Shown here piece by piece: positions 19,227 to 28,976 of a DNA stretch of 64,000 nt (positions are counted from its first letter, which is position 1; every line of letters starts with the position of its first letter). The translations under genes were made by a program, and so were the position numbers. The stretch comes from Lentisphaeria bacterium (lineage in GTDB: Bacteria; Verrucomicrobiota; Lentisphaeria; JABSQK01; JAWLHB01): assembly GCA_041690595.1 (NCBI GenBank), contig JAWLHB010000010.1:1-64000 (forward strand). The letters run 5' to 3'. The notes under the pieces are model-generated. The model ran no database searches. It was not told where the DNA came from and saw only the letters and a list, made by a program, of their open reading frames with translations.

Positions 19227-22157
19227 CTAGCTAACCGTAACCTGCATGCCGGAATCCGCAACCGCGAAATCGACAAAGCGCGCAAGCGGATTGGGGGGAT
19301 TGGCGAGAAGCCGTCGGCGAATCCGTTCGCCTCCTTCCGGAGACGAGGCGCAGATGAACATGTAGCCGCCTCCACCGGCGCCAAGCAGTTTGGCTGCGGC
19401 AAGATCCTCCCCGCAGGTCGCGAAGATGGCCTCGATCTGATCCGTGGTCGTGTGCGGATCCAGGCGTCTGTTCAGGTGCCACGAACGATCGATCCCCCGC
19501 AGCAGCGCCGCCTGCTCGGAGGTGAGAATGGCATTGTAGACCTGTTCGGCATTGGCGCGTATGAGCGAGAGTGTATTCAGCGTCTCCCGTTCGCCAAGAA
19601 ACATGTTGCGGACGATCTTCTGCAGGATGTCCTTCGCCAGTCGGGTCAGGCCGGTGTAGTAGAGAAGGCAGGTGCGATTGGCGTGGACCGGCGAAAAGAG
19701 GAACTCGGGGAGGTAATGAACGACCGGGTGCTGCCCCGGCCCAGGCTGCGTCTCGATTCGCTTGATGCCGCGGTAAAGCGCGCCCGCCTGATCCTGCCAG
19801 CCACCACCCGTCGTCAGCAACTGCTCCATCGCCAGCACCCGATGGTAAAGCTCTTCCGGCCCGAAATCGAGGTTGCAGGCGCGGCCGAGGGCGCCCAGCA
19901 GGGTGGCGGCCAGTACGCTGCTCGTGCCAAGCCCGGATCCTTTGGGCACCGCGCAAAGCAGCGATAGCTCCAGCCCGCCACCGAAAGCCTCCAACTGCTC
20001 ACGCAGGCTGCGATACGGCGATCCGTCGTAGAAGCGTGGATGAAAGCCGCACAGGTACAGGGCCGCCTTGGGCAGGCTGAATGCCGCACCCGGTTGGTTG
20101 AAGTCGGCTAGATCGTCGAAGTCGTGCAGCACCTGTTCGAAGCCCAGATCGATGGAGCGCAGGCGAAGCTCCGGCTCTTCCAGCACCCGCGCGATGACCT
20201 GGATCGGCGGCTGCCCATTGAGCATCACGGCCATATTGACAACCGAACCGCCGAACTCGATGCAGTAGGGCGGGGTATCCGTCCACCCGCCCGCCAGATC
20301 GAGACGAAGCGGACTTCGCGCCCAGACGATCTGATCCCGCTTGAGCGCAAGTTCCGGTATGACGCTGCCGACATGGCTCTCGTGGGTGATGGCCTCCCGC
20401 AACTGCCGGAAACCCTCTTGCGTCAGTGCCTCTTCCTCGTCAGCTGAACCGGCCAGTCCAGCCAGAAACAGATAGAGCCTGGCGCGATTGCTGGGGCGCC
20501 AGGTGCTGTCGACGAACGCATCGCGATGCGAAAGCAGGTACTGGCGAAGCTCGGGAAGATCGTCGCGGATGAACTCTGCCAACGCGGCAAAGTCCTGATG
20601 AAAGAACCGTTCCGAGACAAGGCGGTCCAACTGCCGGAAGCGGCGGTCGATGGTCGCCGCAAGGCACTGCTGCCGGTTCGCCAACTGGCGCGCAATATCC
20701 GCATCCTCACCGATCTGACGACTCGATCGGCGCGGCCACTCCCGAACCTGCTGGCTGATCTGGTGGTCGGGTTCGACGGCAAAGAACCAGTCGACGAGGG
20801 ATTGGCTGATCTGCTCCGGCCGCAGGATGGGATAGATGGTCAGATTGAAGACGTCGGTGTCACAGGCTGGAAAGCCGCGTGCGCGCAGCCAGTGAGGCGC
20901 GGGCAGGCCGCAGATGGTCGACGCCTCGTCGTTGGCGGGGCCGCGAAAGTTGTCCTCCAGGTGATACGGCCTCAGGGCGTAGCCGCTGCCATCTACCATG
21001 GGCGTGACGTCCACGCACCAGCCGCGATCGAGGGAATCGACGGCGTTGCCGGCCGGAAGGCCGGTAAGCATGTTGTTGCCATTTGTATGGATCGGCGCCG
21101 CGAAACTGCACGAGTCTGCCCAGACCGGGGACTTTGAGTCGGGACGCAGACTGTCATCAGGTGTGCCAATAAAGTAATATTCCTGGCGCTGGTGCCCGGC
21201 CAGTTGACTTTCTTCCAGAAAGGAGAAGATCTGCTGCGACGAGCCCAGATGAAAAAATCGCGCCGCCGGCAGGGGGACAACGCTTCGCGTGAGATCACCG
21301 AAACCCGCCTCGGCAAGGCGGGGGGGCAAGTCACCATCACCCAGACTGGTGCCGATATCGGTGTAGAGGTCGAGAAAGGCCGGATAGCCATCTGGTGTGG
21401 CGAAGGTGCCATTCTTCTCGTTCCAGCCACAAGCGCGGAAAAGCACCTCGACCGCTTTGGCCGAGAGCAGCCACATGCCGGTATCGACATAAAACTCATG
21501 CTCGGCAAGCCTGCCGCGTATGTCGTCGACTGACGGCTTCTGCAGGAAAAGCGCGATCTCTTTTTCGGGCTGGCGCACCGGTACGCGGCGATCGATGAAG
21601 AAGACGCCGAAGTGCTGGGCAAGCGTCGGCGATACCCGCATCCCCAGCCCCACTATATCCGCCTGCACCTCCGGTATCGACAGCGGATTGAACTGCAGCA
21701 GCACGTCGCCCGAATTGATCATGATGGCGGGCTTGCTGCCGGCTTCATGCAGGACTTGCCGGTAGGGGGGGATCTGGAAGTCAGCCAGAATCTGATCGAA
21801 GCGCTGATGCGAGAGGCCGTCGATGAAGGGGACGGGCAGAAAAAGCTTGCCGATGGACGCGTACGCTGGCAGCCGGCGACTCTGCCCCCCCGCGTGGATG
21901 ATCAGGCGCTGACGCTGGCTCAACCAGTCGCCCAACGGCTTGTCGCAGGAGCCTTGCTGGCGCTTGCATTCGTGGAGCAGGTGAATCGTCCCCCCGCCAG
22001 AGCCAAGGCGCGAACCCGCCGGGTCGCTGGTTACGAAGACTTCCGCATCGGCATCGGCCCGAAGACGTCGACGACACCAGTCCGACTGCTGCTCGTTGAG
22101 ATACTCAGACATCCCCGGCGGAACCGATATGAGCGTTTCTATTGTCTTCAAAACCAA
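19227..22157 (-). CDS. fkp: Bifunctional L-fucose-1-P guanylyltransferase / L-fucokinase
   Basis: DPAGSRLGSGGGT, HAGGQSRRLPAY, RLDLAGGWTDTPPY, PKGSGLGTSS (GHMP), GGWQDQ, KLLGAGGGG. Confidence 0.92.
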   Translation of the reverse strand: MVLKTIETLISVPPGMSEYLNEQQSDWCRRRLRADADAEVFVTSDPAGSRLGSGGGTIHLLHECKRQQGSCDKPLGDWLSQRQRLIIHAGGQSRRLPAYASIGKLFLPVPFIDGLSHQRFDQILADFQIPPYRQVLHEAGSKPAIMINSGDVLLQFNPLSIPEVQADIVGLGMRVSPTLAQHFGVFFIDRRVPVRQPEKEIALFLQKPSVDDIRGRLAEHEFYVDTGMWLLSAKAVEVLFRACGWNEKNGTFATPDGYPAFLDLYTDIGTSLGDGDLPPRLAEAGFGDLTRSVVPLPAARFFHLGSSQQIFSFLEESQLAGHQRQEYYFIGTPDDSLRPDSKSPVWADSCSFAAPIHTNGNNMLTGLPAGNAVDSLDRGWCVDVTPMVDGSGYALRPYHLEDNFRGPANDEASTICGLPAPHWLRARGFPACDTDVFNLTIYPILRPEQISQSLVDWFFAVEPDHQISQQVREWPRRSSRQIGEDADIARQLANRQQCLAATIDRRFRQLDRLVSERFFHQDFAALAEFIRDDLPELRQYLLSHRDAFVDSTWRPSNRARLYLFLAGLAGSADEEEALTQEGFRQLREAITHESHVGSVIPELALKRDQIVWARSPLRLDLAGGWTDTPPYCIEFGGSVVNMAVMLNGQPPIQVIARVLEEPELRLRSIDLGFEQVLHDFDDLADFNQPGAAFSLPKAALYLCGFHPRFYDGSPYRSLREQLEAFGGGLELSLLCAVPKGSGLGTSSVLAATLLGALGRACNLDFGPEELYHRVLAMEQLLTTGGGWQDQAGALYRGIKRIETQPGPGQHPVVHYLPEFLFSPVHANRTCLLYYTGLTRLAKDILQKIVRNMFLGERETLNTLSLIRANAEQVYNAILTSEQAALLRGIDRSWHLNRRLDPHTTTDQIEAIFATCGEDLAAAKLLGAGGGGYMFICASSPEGGERIRRRLLANPPNPLARFVDFAVADSGMQVTVS

Positions 22158-22160
22158 CCT

Positions 22161-24050
22161 CTACGAGTTCGTTACCGGCGCCGGCGCCGCGCTTACCATC
22201 TGACGCTGGCGCATCTTCATTTCGAGTATGGTGCGCATCACCCGGTTCTTCTCTTCCAGATCGGCGGCTCTGGCCAACTCCTGGCCGAGGATGCTCAGTT
22301 CCTGCGCAAAATAGTTGTCAATCAAGCGCTTCCGGCAATCGCGATAGGCTATGGCAAGGCGCTTCGGTGCGGCGTCGCGGCCATATTGTGGTGCGACCAG
22401 AATGCGGCTGATGGCGGGAACCTGTTTTGCCGCCAGGGACTCGCGCAAGGCGTCTTCGCAATCCTCCCACTCGCCTTGCGCTGTCAACGCGATGCACAGA
22501 TTGAGCGCCTTGCCTACCTCGCCCTCGCTGATGTACTCGCGCGGCACCTCCTCAAAAAGGCGCCTGGCGTAATCCTGGTGGTTGAGCGCGATATCGAGTA
22601 GATCGGCTTCGGCCTTTTCGGTGACGGACTCCTCCGTCGCCGGAGGGGTGGCAGAGGCAGCCGGCGCGGCATCTTCCTGCTGCGACCGGTGCTGTTGCTG
22701 CCGATAGTGCTGGGTGCGCTTGTGCCGGTTGACGATACCGTTGAGCTGCTGGAAGACATAATCTTCAGGAACGCCCAGCCGGTCGGCAAGCCGCCGGCAG
22801 TATTCCGCGCGAGTCACCATGTTCTCGATGTTGGAGATTGCCTGCAGGTAGGCAGCGGCAATCTCCCCCTTCCCTTGCGGCGTGGCCGGATCGTGCTCGC
22901 GAATCAGACAATCCAGAAGAAACTCGAAGAAGTCCTGCGCCACCTCGATGCGTGCCTGCAGCGCCTCCGGACCCGCCGTGCGAACGAGACTGTCGGGATC
23001 TTCCCCTTCACCCAGCAGCACCACCTTGGCACTCAGGCCGGCGGGGACGAAAATCTCCACGCTGCGCATCGCTGCATGAATACCCGCATTGTCGGTGTCG
23101 AAGCAGATGACAAGCTGCTCGGTATGCCGCTTGAGCTGCCGAGCCTGCTGCTCGGTGAAGGCCGTCCCCTGCGGAGCCACAGCATTGGTGAAGCCGGCCC
23201 CATGGCAGGCGATGACGTCCATCTGCCCCTCGCACAACAGCGCATACCCGCGTTCGCGGATCCCTTGACGCGCCAGCGAAAGCCCATAGAGAACGCTGCT
23301 CTTGTCGAAAATCAGCGTCGCCGGAGTATTCAAGTACTTTGGCCCGGAATCCTCGGCAAGTGCGCGGCCGCTGAAGCCGACCGTGTGCCCCTGTGGATTG
23401 GTTATCGGGAACATCAGGCGGTTGCGGAAGAGGTCATAGGCGCCATCCTCGGGGCGATCCGGGTTGCGAGGCTTCAGAACTCCCGCATCCAGCATCGCCT
23501 CATAGGGGATCCCCTGCCGCGATCCCCACTGGCAGCAGGCATCCCAGCTGTCCGGCGCATAGCCGATCCCAAAGGTCACCATCAGATCATCCGTCAGCCC
23601 TCGCTTGCGCACATAGGCAAGGGCTTCCCTCCCTGCCTCTGAACGAAGGTTGCTTTGATACCAGCCGACCAACCGCTCGTGGAGGTCATAAAGCACCTCC
23701 TTCTTGTCGCGATGCACTTTGGCCTTGACCGGGTCGAAGTTCCCGCCAGACCGCAATTCTTCCTCTTCGAACGGTATCCCGGCAACCCGCGCCAGGATGC
23801 GCAGCGCCCCGATGAAGTCGACCCCTTCGTACTCCATGACAAAGGTGAAGATATCTCCCCCCTTGCCGCAACCGAAGCAATGGAACATCTGCTTGCTGGA
23901 GTTGACGTTGAAGGAGGGGGTCTTTTCCTGGTGGAACGGGCAGCAGGCAACATGATTCGCTCCGGCCCGCTTCAAAGGCACGTAGCCGTTGATGACGTCC
24001 ACCACGTCGCATCTGGCGCGAAGCTCTTCCTTGATCTCTTCAAAAGTCAT
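22161..24050 (-). CDS. dnaG: DNA primase
   Basis: CPFHQEKTPSF..CFGC zinc finger, FRNRLMFPI, PKYLN, EGQMDVI, FDTDNAG. Confidence 0.97.
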   Translation of the reverse strand: MTFEEIKEELRARCDVVDVINGYVPLKRAGANHVACCPFHQEKTPSFNVNSSKQMFHCFGCGKGGDIFTFVMEYEGVDFIGALRILARVAGIPFEEEELRSGGNFDPVKAKVHRDKKEVLYDLHERLVGWYQSNLRSEAGREALAYVRKRGLTDDLMVTFGIGYAPDSWDACCQWGSRQGIPYEAMLDAGVLKPRNPDRPEDGAYDLFRNRLMFPITNPQGHTVGFSGRALAEDSGPKYLNTPATLIFDKSSVLYGLSLARQGIRERGYALLCEGQMDVIACHGAGFTNAVAPQGTAFTEQQARQLKRHTEQLVICFDTDNAGIHAAMRSVEIFVPAGLSAKVVLLGEGEDPDSLVRTAGPEALQARIEVAQDFFEFLLDCLIREHDPATPQGKGEIAAAYLQAISNIENMVTRAEYCRRLADRLGVPEDYVFQQLNGIVNRHKRTQHYRQQQHRSQQEDAAPAASATPPATEESVTEKAEADLLDIALNHQDYARRLFEEVPREYISEGEVGKALNLCIALTAQGEWEDCEDALRESLAAKQVPAISRILVAPQYGRDAAPKRLAIAYRDCRKRLIDNYFAQELSILGQELARAADLEEKNRVMRTILEMKMRQRQMVSAAPAPVTNS

Positions 24051-24052
24051 AG

Positions 24053-24805
24053 TCAGTAAGCGAGTCGTTCGAGCCGAGCCTGCACTTTGGCGCGATCTTC
24101 CGATTCCGCGGCAGGAAGGGCTTCAAGATACATCTGGTAATAGCGATGGGCAGCTTTCTGCACCTGGTCCCCATCGAAGATGACGGCGATATTCCGGTAA
24201 ATGACGGGCGGTACCTCACCAAACGTTCGCGTCTCGATCAGCTTCTCCAACGCTTCTCTGGAACGTCCGCGTCTGAGTAGCCAGATCGCCCATTCATTAT
24301 AGATGAAGCTGTCGCGGCGAAACTGATCCATCTGCGTCAGGCTCTCGAAGTAGGTGCCTGCCTCGATATGATCGGCGCGCCGCGCCGCCAGCGCGAGCAG
24401 CAGGCGAGCATCGGTACTCTCTGGATTGAGCTGGACGGAAGTCTGCAATTTGGGAACGGCTTCGGTGTAGTTCGCTTTCATGTAATTGGCTTGCCCCATA
24501 ACATAGTTCAGGATGAAGCTCCCCGGAAAATGCTCCAATCCATCACGGCTCACATCCAGGGCCCGATGATACTCCGCGAGCCGCGTAAGGCAGAGCGCTT
24601 CCAGCTCGAATACCTGCTGATTCGGCTGCTCGATCCCGCCCCGGATACGCTCCACCTGCTCCAGCGCTTTCTTCAGATCTTTTTCTTTACCACCAGCCGC
24701 AAGTTTCAGGCACTCCCGCAGGGAAACATCGCCGGAGTTGATTCCGCAGCCGCTCAGCGTCAGCATGGTCAGCATCAGTACCGCTGTAAATATACGCATC
24801 ATCAC
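24053..24805 (-). CDS. TPR-repeat lipoprotein
   Basis: Lipobox LSGC; TPR-like helices. Confidence 0.75.
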   Translation of the reverse strand: MMMRIFTAVLMLTMLTLSGCGINSGDVSLRECLKLAAGGKEKDLKKALEQVERIRGGIEQPNQQVFELEALCLTRLAEYHRALDVSRDGLEHFPGSFILNYVMGQANYMKANYTEAVPKLQTSVQLNPESTDARLLLALAARRADHIEAGTYFESLTQMDQFRRDSFIYNEWAIWLLRRGRSREALEKLIETRTFGEVPPVIYRNIAVIFDGDQVQKAAHRYYQMYLEALPAAESEDRAKVQARLERLAY

Positions 24806-24922
24806 ACTATCCCCTCCCGTTTTGGCCTTCTACACTTCGGTGCGAACCTCACCATACTGTAGCCGTCGACGGCCAAATTGGTACCGCCGTCCAGCAATTA
24901 AGTCGGGACGATTTCGCAACCT

Positions 24923-26956
24923 TCAGGACGATGCCATCGCCTTGTAGCCGCGCGGCTCCATCGAGAAGCTGCCGCGACCGCCGGTCAGCTTGGGGAGCGC
25001 CTTGCTGAAGCCGAACATCTCCGCCAGCGGCACTTCGCAGATGACTCGCTTGAGGTCCACGACATCGATGACGTTGTGGATCAGGCCGCGCCGCGTGTGG
25101 ACATCGTTGGTGATATCGCCAAGGTGGCTGTCCGGCGTAAGGATGTCCAGTGTCATGATCGGCTCCAGAATATGCGTGCCGACATCGTTGACGGCTTTGT
25201 CAAGCGCCTGGAGAACAGCGCCGAGAACTGCCCCTTCGGTCGTCTTGCCTGGCTGCACGTCGAGTTCGTTCAACTCAGCCGAAACATAGATCAGCGGATA
25301 CCCGGAATGCCCTCCGGTCTTGATGCCGTCCGTCAACGCGTCAACCGCGGCCCGCAGGAGCTTCTTGTCGAGATTAGGGGTCCGCACCTTGTTCTCGATC
25401 AGGAATGGCGGGTCCTGCTGTTCCTTCGGGCGCAGGGTGAGCGTCACCTTGGCGTAAAGCTCGGCCTCCCCAGCCATGCGTTCGAAGGTGAACGCCGCGG
25501 TCACCTGCCGATTGATGGTTTCCCGGTAGGCGACACGTGGCTCGCCGCACCGCACCTGCAGGTGGAACTCCTGCTCGATACGGTTGGTGTTGATCTCCAG
25601 GTGCAGCTCCCCCATGCCACTCAGGATCCGCTGCCCAGTATTCTCGTCCCGGCTGACGGCCAGCGTCGGATCTTCGCGAGCCAGCAACTGAAGCGCCTCG
25701 TCAAGGTGATCCTTGTCCTTGCTCGATCGCGGCTCCACCGCCATCGAAAGCACCGGTTCCGGAAACTTCATCTGCTCGAAGTAGACCGCCTGATGGCGGG
25801 TGCAGAGCGTATCGCCGGTCATGATCTCCCGGGGGCCGGATATGCCGACAATGTCCCCTGGACCCACTTGCTCGATCGGTTCGATCTGCTTGGCGTAGAG
25901 ACGCAGAATGCGCTTGACCCGAATCGTCTCCCTGGTGCGCGGCACGTAGAGACTATCCCCCGCCTTGAGCGTGCCGCGGTAGGTTCGCAGGTAGTACAGG
26001 TCGGCCGTGGTGCTGGCGATCAACTTGAAGACGAAGCCCGCAAAAGGAGCAGAAGGATCGGGAGCGATGGTCACGGGTTCGTCATCCGCGGCGGAAAAAG
26101 CAGGACTCTCGGCTGCCTCGGCAGGATTGGGCAGATAGCGGAGCACCGCATCCATGAGGGGCTGAATCCCGATGTTGCGCTTGGCGGAACCAGCCAATAC
26201 CGGGACAATGGTCGTGGCAATTGTCAAGCGGCGAATCTCGTCGGCAATCATCTCGACGGTGATCTCGCTCCCTTCGAGAAACCTCTCGGCAAGCGCATCC
26301 GAATGATCGGCCAATCGCTCGATGAGATGCTCGCGTTGACGTTGCGCGTTCTCCTTCTCGGCCGCGGGAATCTCGACGGACTCAACACGCTCACCCGCTT
26401 CCCCGCCGAAGGTCAGCATCCGCATCGACAGCAGGTCGATAACCCCGCCAAGCTCGTTCTCGATACCAACCGGCACTTGGAGCGGAACAGCCTTCCCGCC
26501 AAACTTGGCATTGATTTCCTCAAGCACCCGCGGAAAGGATGCGCCAATCCGGTCCAGCTTGTTGATGAAGGCCAGGCGCGGCAACGCGTACAGGTTGGCC
26601 TGATGCCAGACCTTCTCGCTCTGCGCTTCGACCCCTTCAACTCCGCTGAATATCACCACCGCGGCATCGATGACCCGCAGCGAACGCTCCACTTCCGCCG
26701 TGAAATCGATATGCCCCGGCGTGTCGATCAGATGGACGAGATGCTCACGCCAGGGAAAGGAGGCGGCCGCCGAGACGATCGTGATGCCGCGCTTGCGCTC
26801 TTCGTCGAGATAATCCATGACGGTGCTGCCGTCATCGATGTCGCCGATCCGGTGCGTCCTGCCGGAGTAATACAGCATGCGCTCGGTCGTTGTCGTCTTG
26901 CCTGCATCGATGTGAGCGATGATGCTGATGTTACGAATGGTTCGTATGTCATCCAT
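24923..26956 (-). CDS. Elongation factor G-like GTPase (divergent EF-G paralog)
   Basis: AHIDAGKTT, RGITI, DTPGHIDF, NKLD, GMGELHL, PLAEMFG; domain IV loops diverged. Confidence 0.9.
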   Translation of the reverse strand: MDDIRTIRNISIIAHIDAGKTTTTERMLYYSGRTHRIGDIDDGSTVMDYLDEERKRGITIVSAAASFPWREHLVHLIDTPGHIDFTAEVERSLRVIDAAVVIFSGVEGVEAQSEKVWHQANLYALPRLAFINKLDRIGASFPRVLEEINAKFGGKAVPLQVPVGIENELGGVIDLLSMRMLTFGGEAGERVESVEIPAAEKENAQRQREHLIERLADHSDALAERFLEGSEITVEMIADEIRRLTIATTIVPVLAGSAKRNIGIQPLMDAVLRYLPNPAEAAESPAFSAADDEPVTIAPDPSAPFAGFVFKLIASTTADLYYLRTYRGTLKAGDSLYVPRTRETIRVKRILRLYAKQIEPIEQVGPGDIVGISGPREIMTGDTLCTRHQAVYFEQMKFPEPVLSMAVEPRSSKDKDHLDEALQLLAREDPTLAVSRDENTGQRILSGMGELHLEINTNRIEQEFHLQVRCGEPRVAYRETINRQVTAAFTFERMAGEAELYAKVTLTLRPKEQQDPPFLIENKVRTPNLDKKLLRAAVDALTDGIKTGGHSGYPLIYVSAELNELDVQPGKTTEGAVLGAVLQALDKAVNDVGTHILEPIMTLDILTPDSHLGDITNDVHTRRGLIHNVIDVVDLKRVICEVPLAEMFGFSKALPKLTGGRGSFSMEPRGYKAMASS

Positions 26957-26995
26957 AAGGAGCCTTTCTCCTTGAGGTGCCTGTGGGCGGCCACA

Positions 26996-27892
26996 TCAGA
27001 CGGGCAGGGTGATTCCCTCGCGTGCCCAGAAGAAGTTGAGCTGATTGTCGCCGGTGTCGAAGCGTTCTTCCAGTTCGAGCAAATACTCGTCGAGCATCGT
27101 ATCCGAATGCTGCGGATCGTGATGGAAGATAGCCAATTGCTTGACCTGAGCCTGCTGGGCAAGCTCGATCAACACCGGGACCGTCGTATGCCCGAAGTTC
27201 TGCTTGCTGATGTACTCGTCGTCCGTATACTGGCCATCGCCGATCAGAAGGTCCGCCCCCTCGATGAAGGCGAGGTAATCGCTCAGCTGCTGGCGCTGCG
27301 CTGGATCGTTGGCATCGAGTTCCTTGTTCAGTTCCACATCGGAAGCATAGACGATCCGCTTGCCGTTCACCGTGAACCGATACCGCACACACCCCCCCGG
27401 ATGATGGATCTGCTCTTCCCAGTCGACCCGAACGTCGCCGATCTGAAAGGTCGAATGGCTGAGTTCCTGCACATGCAACTCCGCCCCAAGCGCCGACATG
27501 CTCACCGGAAAATACTCTTCGTCCATCTGACCGCGAAGAATGGATTCGAGGAAGCCGCCTTTGTGCGCCGTTCCATAGATGCGCAGCTTGATGCCGGGGC
27601 GATAGGCCGGCTGAAAAAACGGGAGTCCCTGGATGTGATCCCAGTGGGTATGACTCAGGAGCAGATGCAGCTCGGATCCCTCCGAAGCGTCGGCATGCTC
27701 TTCGAGATAGTCGATGCCAAAGTTGCGGATCCCCGTGCCCGCATCGATGATGATGATGGTACCCTCATGCTCGATGGTGATGCAGGGGGTATTGCCGCCA
27801 TACTTCTCGGTCGCTCTGCCCGGGGTCGAGATCGAGCCGCGCGTACCCCAGAAGGTCAACTGCGTCGGGCCAGGCGCATCGGGCTCCATCAT
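26996..27892 (-). CDS. MBL-fold metallo-hydrolase (RNase Z-like subgroup)
   Basis: FWGTRGS, YGGNTPC, DAGTG, SHTHWDHIQG, HHDP. Confidence 0.9.
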   Translation of the reverse strand: MMEPDAPGPTQLTFWGTRGSISTPGRATEKYGGNTPCITIEHEGTIIIIDAGTGIRNFGIDYLEEHADASEGSELHLLLSHTHWDHIQGLPFFQPAYRPGIKLRIYGTAHKGGFLESILRGQMDEEYFPVSMSALGAELHVQELSHSTFQIGDVRVDWEEQIHHPGGCVRYRFTVNGKRIVYASDVELNKELDANDPAQRQQLSDYLAFIEGADLLIGDGQYTDDEYISKQNFGHTTVPVLIELAQQAQVKQLAIFHHDPQHSDTMLDEYLLELEERFDTGDNQLNFFWAREGITLPV

Positions 27893-28353
27893 GGCTTACC
27901 TACCGTCTTCTCTTCCAGATAGTGGATTCTGGCTTCCCCGATTTCAATCTGGTCGTTGTTGCGCAAGACGCATTTCTTTACGCGAACGCCGTTGAGGTAA
28001 GTGCCATTGGTGCTGTCCATATCTTCAAGATAATACTCATCCTTTCGAAAAACCACCTGCGCATGCTGGCGCGAGATGTTGGCAAGCGGCAAATGCACCT
28101 CGCATTCCGGGCTGCGGCCAATGGTCACAATCTGGTCGCCCAGCTCGATCGCTTTTACCCCTTCCTCCAGCCCGTGAATCTCAAGCACCACCTTGTTGGA
28201 GACCTTCGGACGCGAGTAGATGGTCTTGCGTGAAATCGGCATGGTGTTGCTCAACGGATGATTGCGCACACCACCCCGATTGGCAAGCGGGTGTGGAATG
28301 CCTACTTCCGTATCATGGCGATCCGCCTTGTCGGATTTGTCCTTATCTTCCAT
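27889..28353 (-). CDS. FHA domain protein
   Basis: IGR...ISRQHA...DMDSTNGTYLNG; stop overlaps the MBL start. Confidence 0.9.
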   Translation of the reverse strand: MEDKDKSDKADRHDTEVGIPHPLANRGGVRNHPLSNTMPISRKTIYSRPKVSNKVVLEIHGLEEGVKAIELGDQIVTIGRSPECEVHLPLANISRQHAQVVFRKDEYYLEDMDSTNGTYLNGVRVKKCVLRNNDQIEIGEARIHYLEEKTVGKP

Positions 28354-28450
28354 AGTGCCAAGTATACAATGCTGCGCCACCTTTGTCAACAGTGGCGCAA
28401 CGTTCCAGCTTTAGCCCCCCTCATCACATCAGGACGCCGAATCTCCCGGA

Positions 28451-28879
28451 TTACCCCCGGGACGAATGCCGCATCTCGGTACTTGTCCCGCTCAAACGCT
28501 CCACGGGCAAAGGACGGACCTGCGGCGCAGGCTCCACCTGCACCTCCCAGAGGTGAATCGCCATGCCTGACGAATTCACCGCTTCCAGCCGAATCAAGTG
28601 TCGCCCCCGAACCGGGACCTGCCAATAGAGCATGCCGCCTGGCGTCACCTCGATGCCGCTATGGCTGCAACGAAAGACCGGGGCCGGAAAACCATTGGCG
28701 GCCAGTTGTATCTGCAACGGTACGCCCGCGATCACGCGGGCCGGCAACTCCATCGTGAAATCCGGACTCACCTGCGCCGACGACGTCGACATCCCCTTTG
28801 CCAAAGCCCAGCCCAGCAGCAGCGCCACGCCAAATCCCAATACGATATCAATCTGACTGCGATGGACGCGGCTCCCCAT
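28451..28879 (-). CDS. Small membrane-anchored protein with putative Ig-like domain
   Basis: One TM, then LAANGFPAPVF...G.LYW...LEAVNSSG; GGAG RBS before 28879. Confidence 0.6.
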   Translation of the reverse strand: MGSRVHRSQIDIVLGFGVALLLGWALAKGMSTSSAQVSPDFTMELPARVIAGVPLQIQLAANGFPAPVFRCSHSGIEVTPGGMLYWQVPVRGRHLIRLEAVNSSGMAIHLWEVQVEPAPQVRPLPVERLSGTSTEMRHSSRG

Positions 28880-28976
28880 GGAATCTCCGGTGTTTGCGGT
28901 CAACTGAAAGCACTTTGTCTCCCCTTTGACGCGCCAAGCCATCAGTATGTTCATCGCACGGCGATACTATTTTCGA

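Noticed and set aside
25076..27922. 948-aa plus-strand ORF
   Set aside because: Antisense shadow of the EF-G-like and MBL genes.
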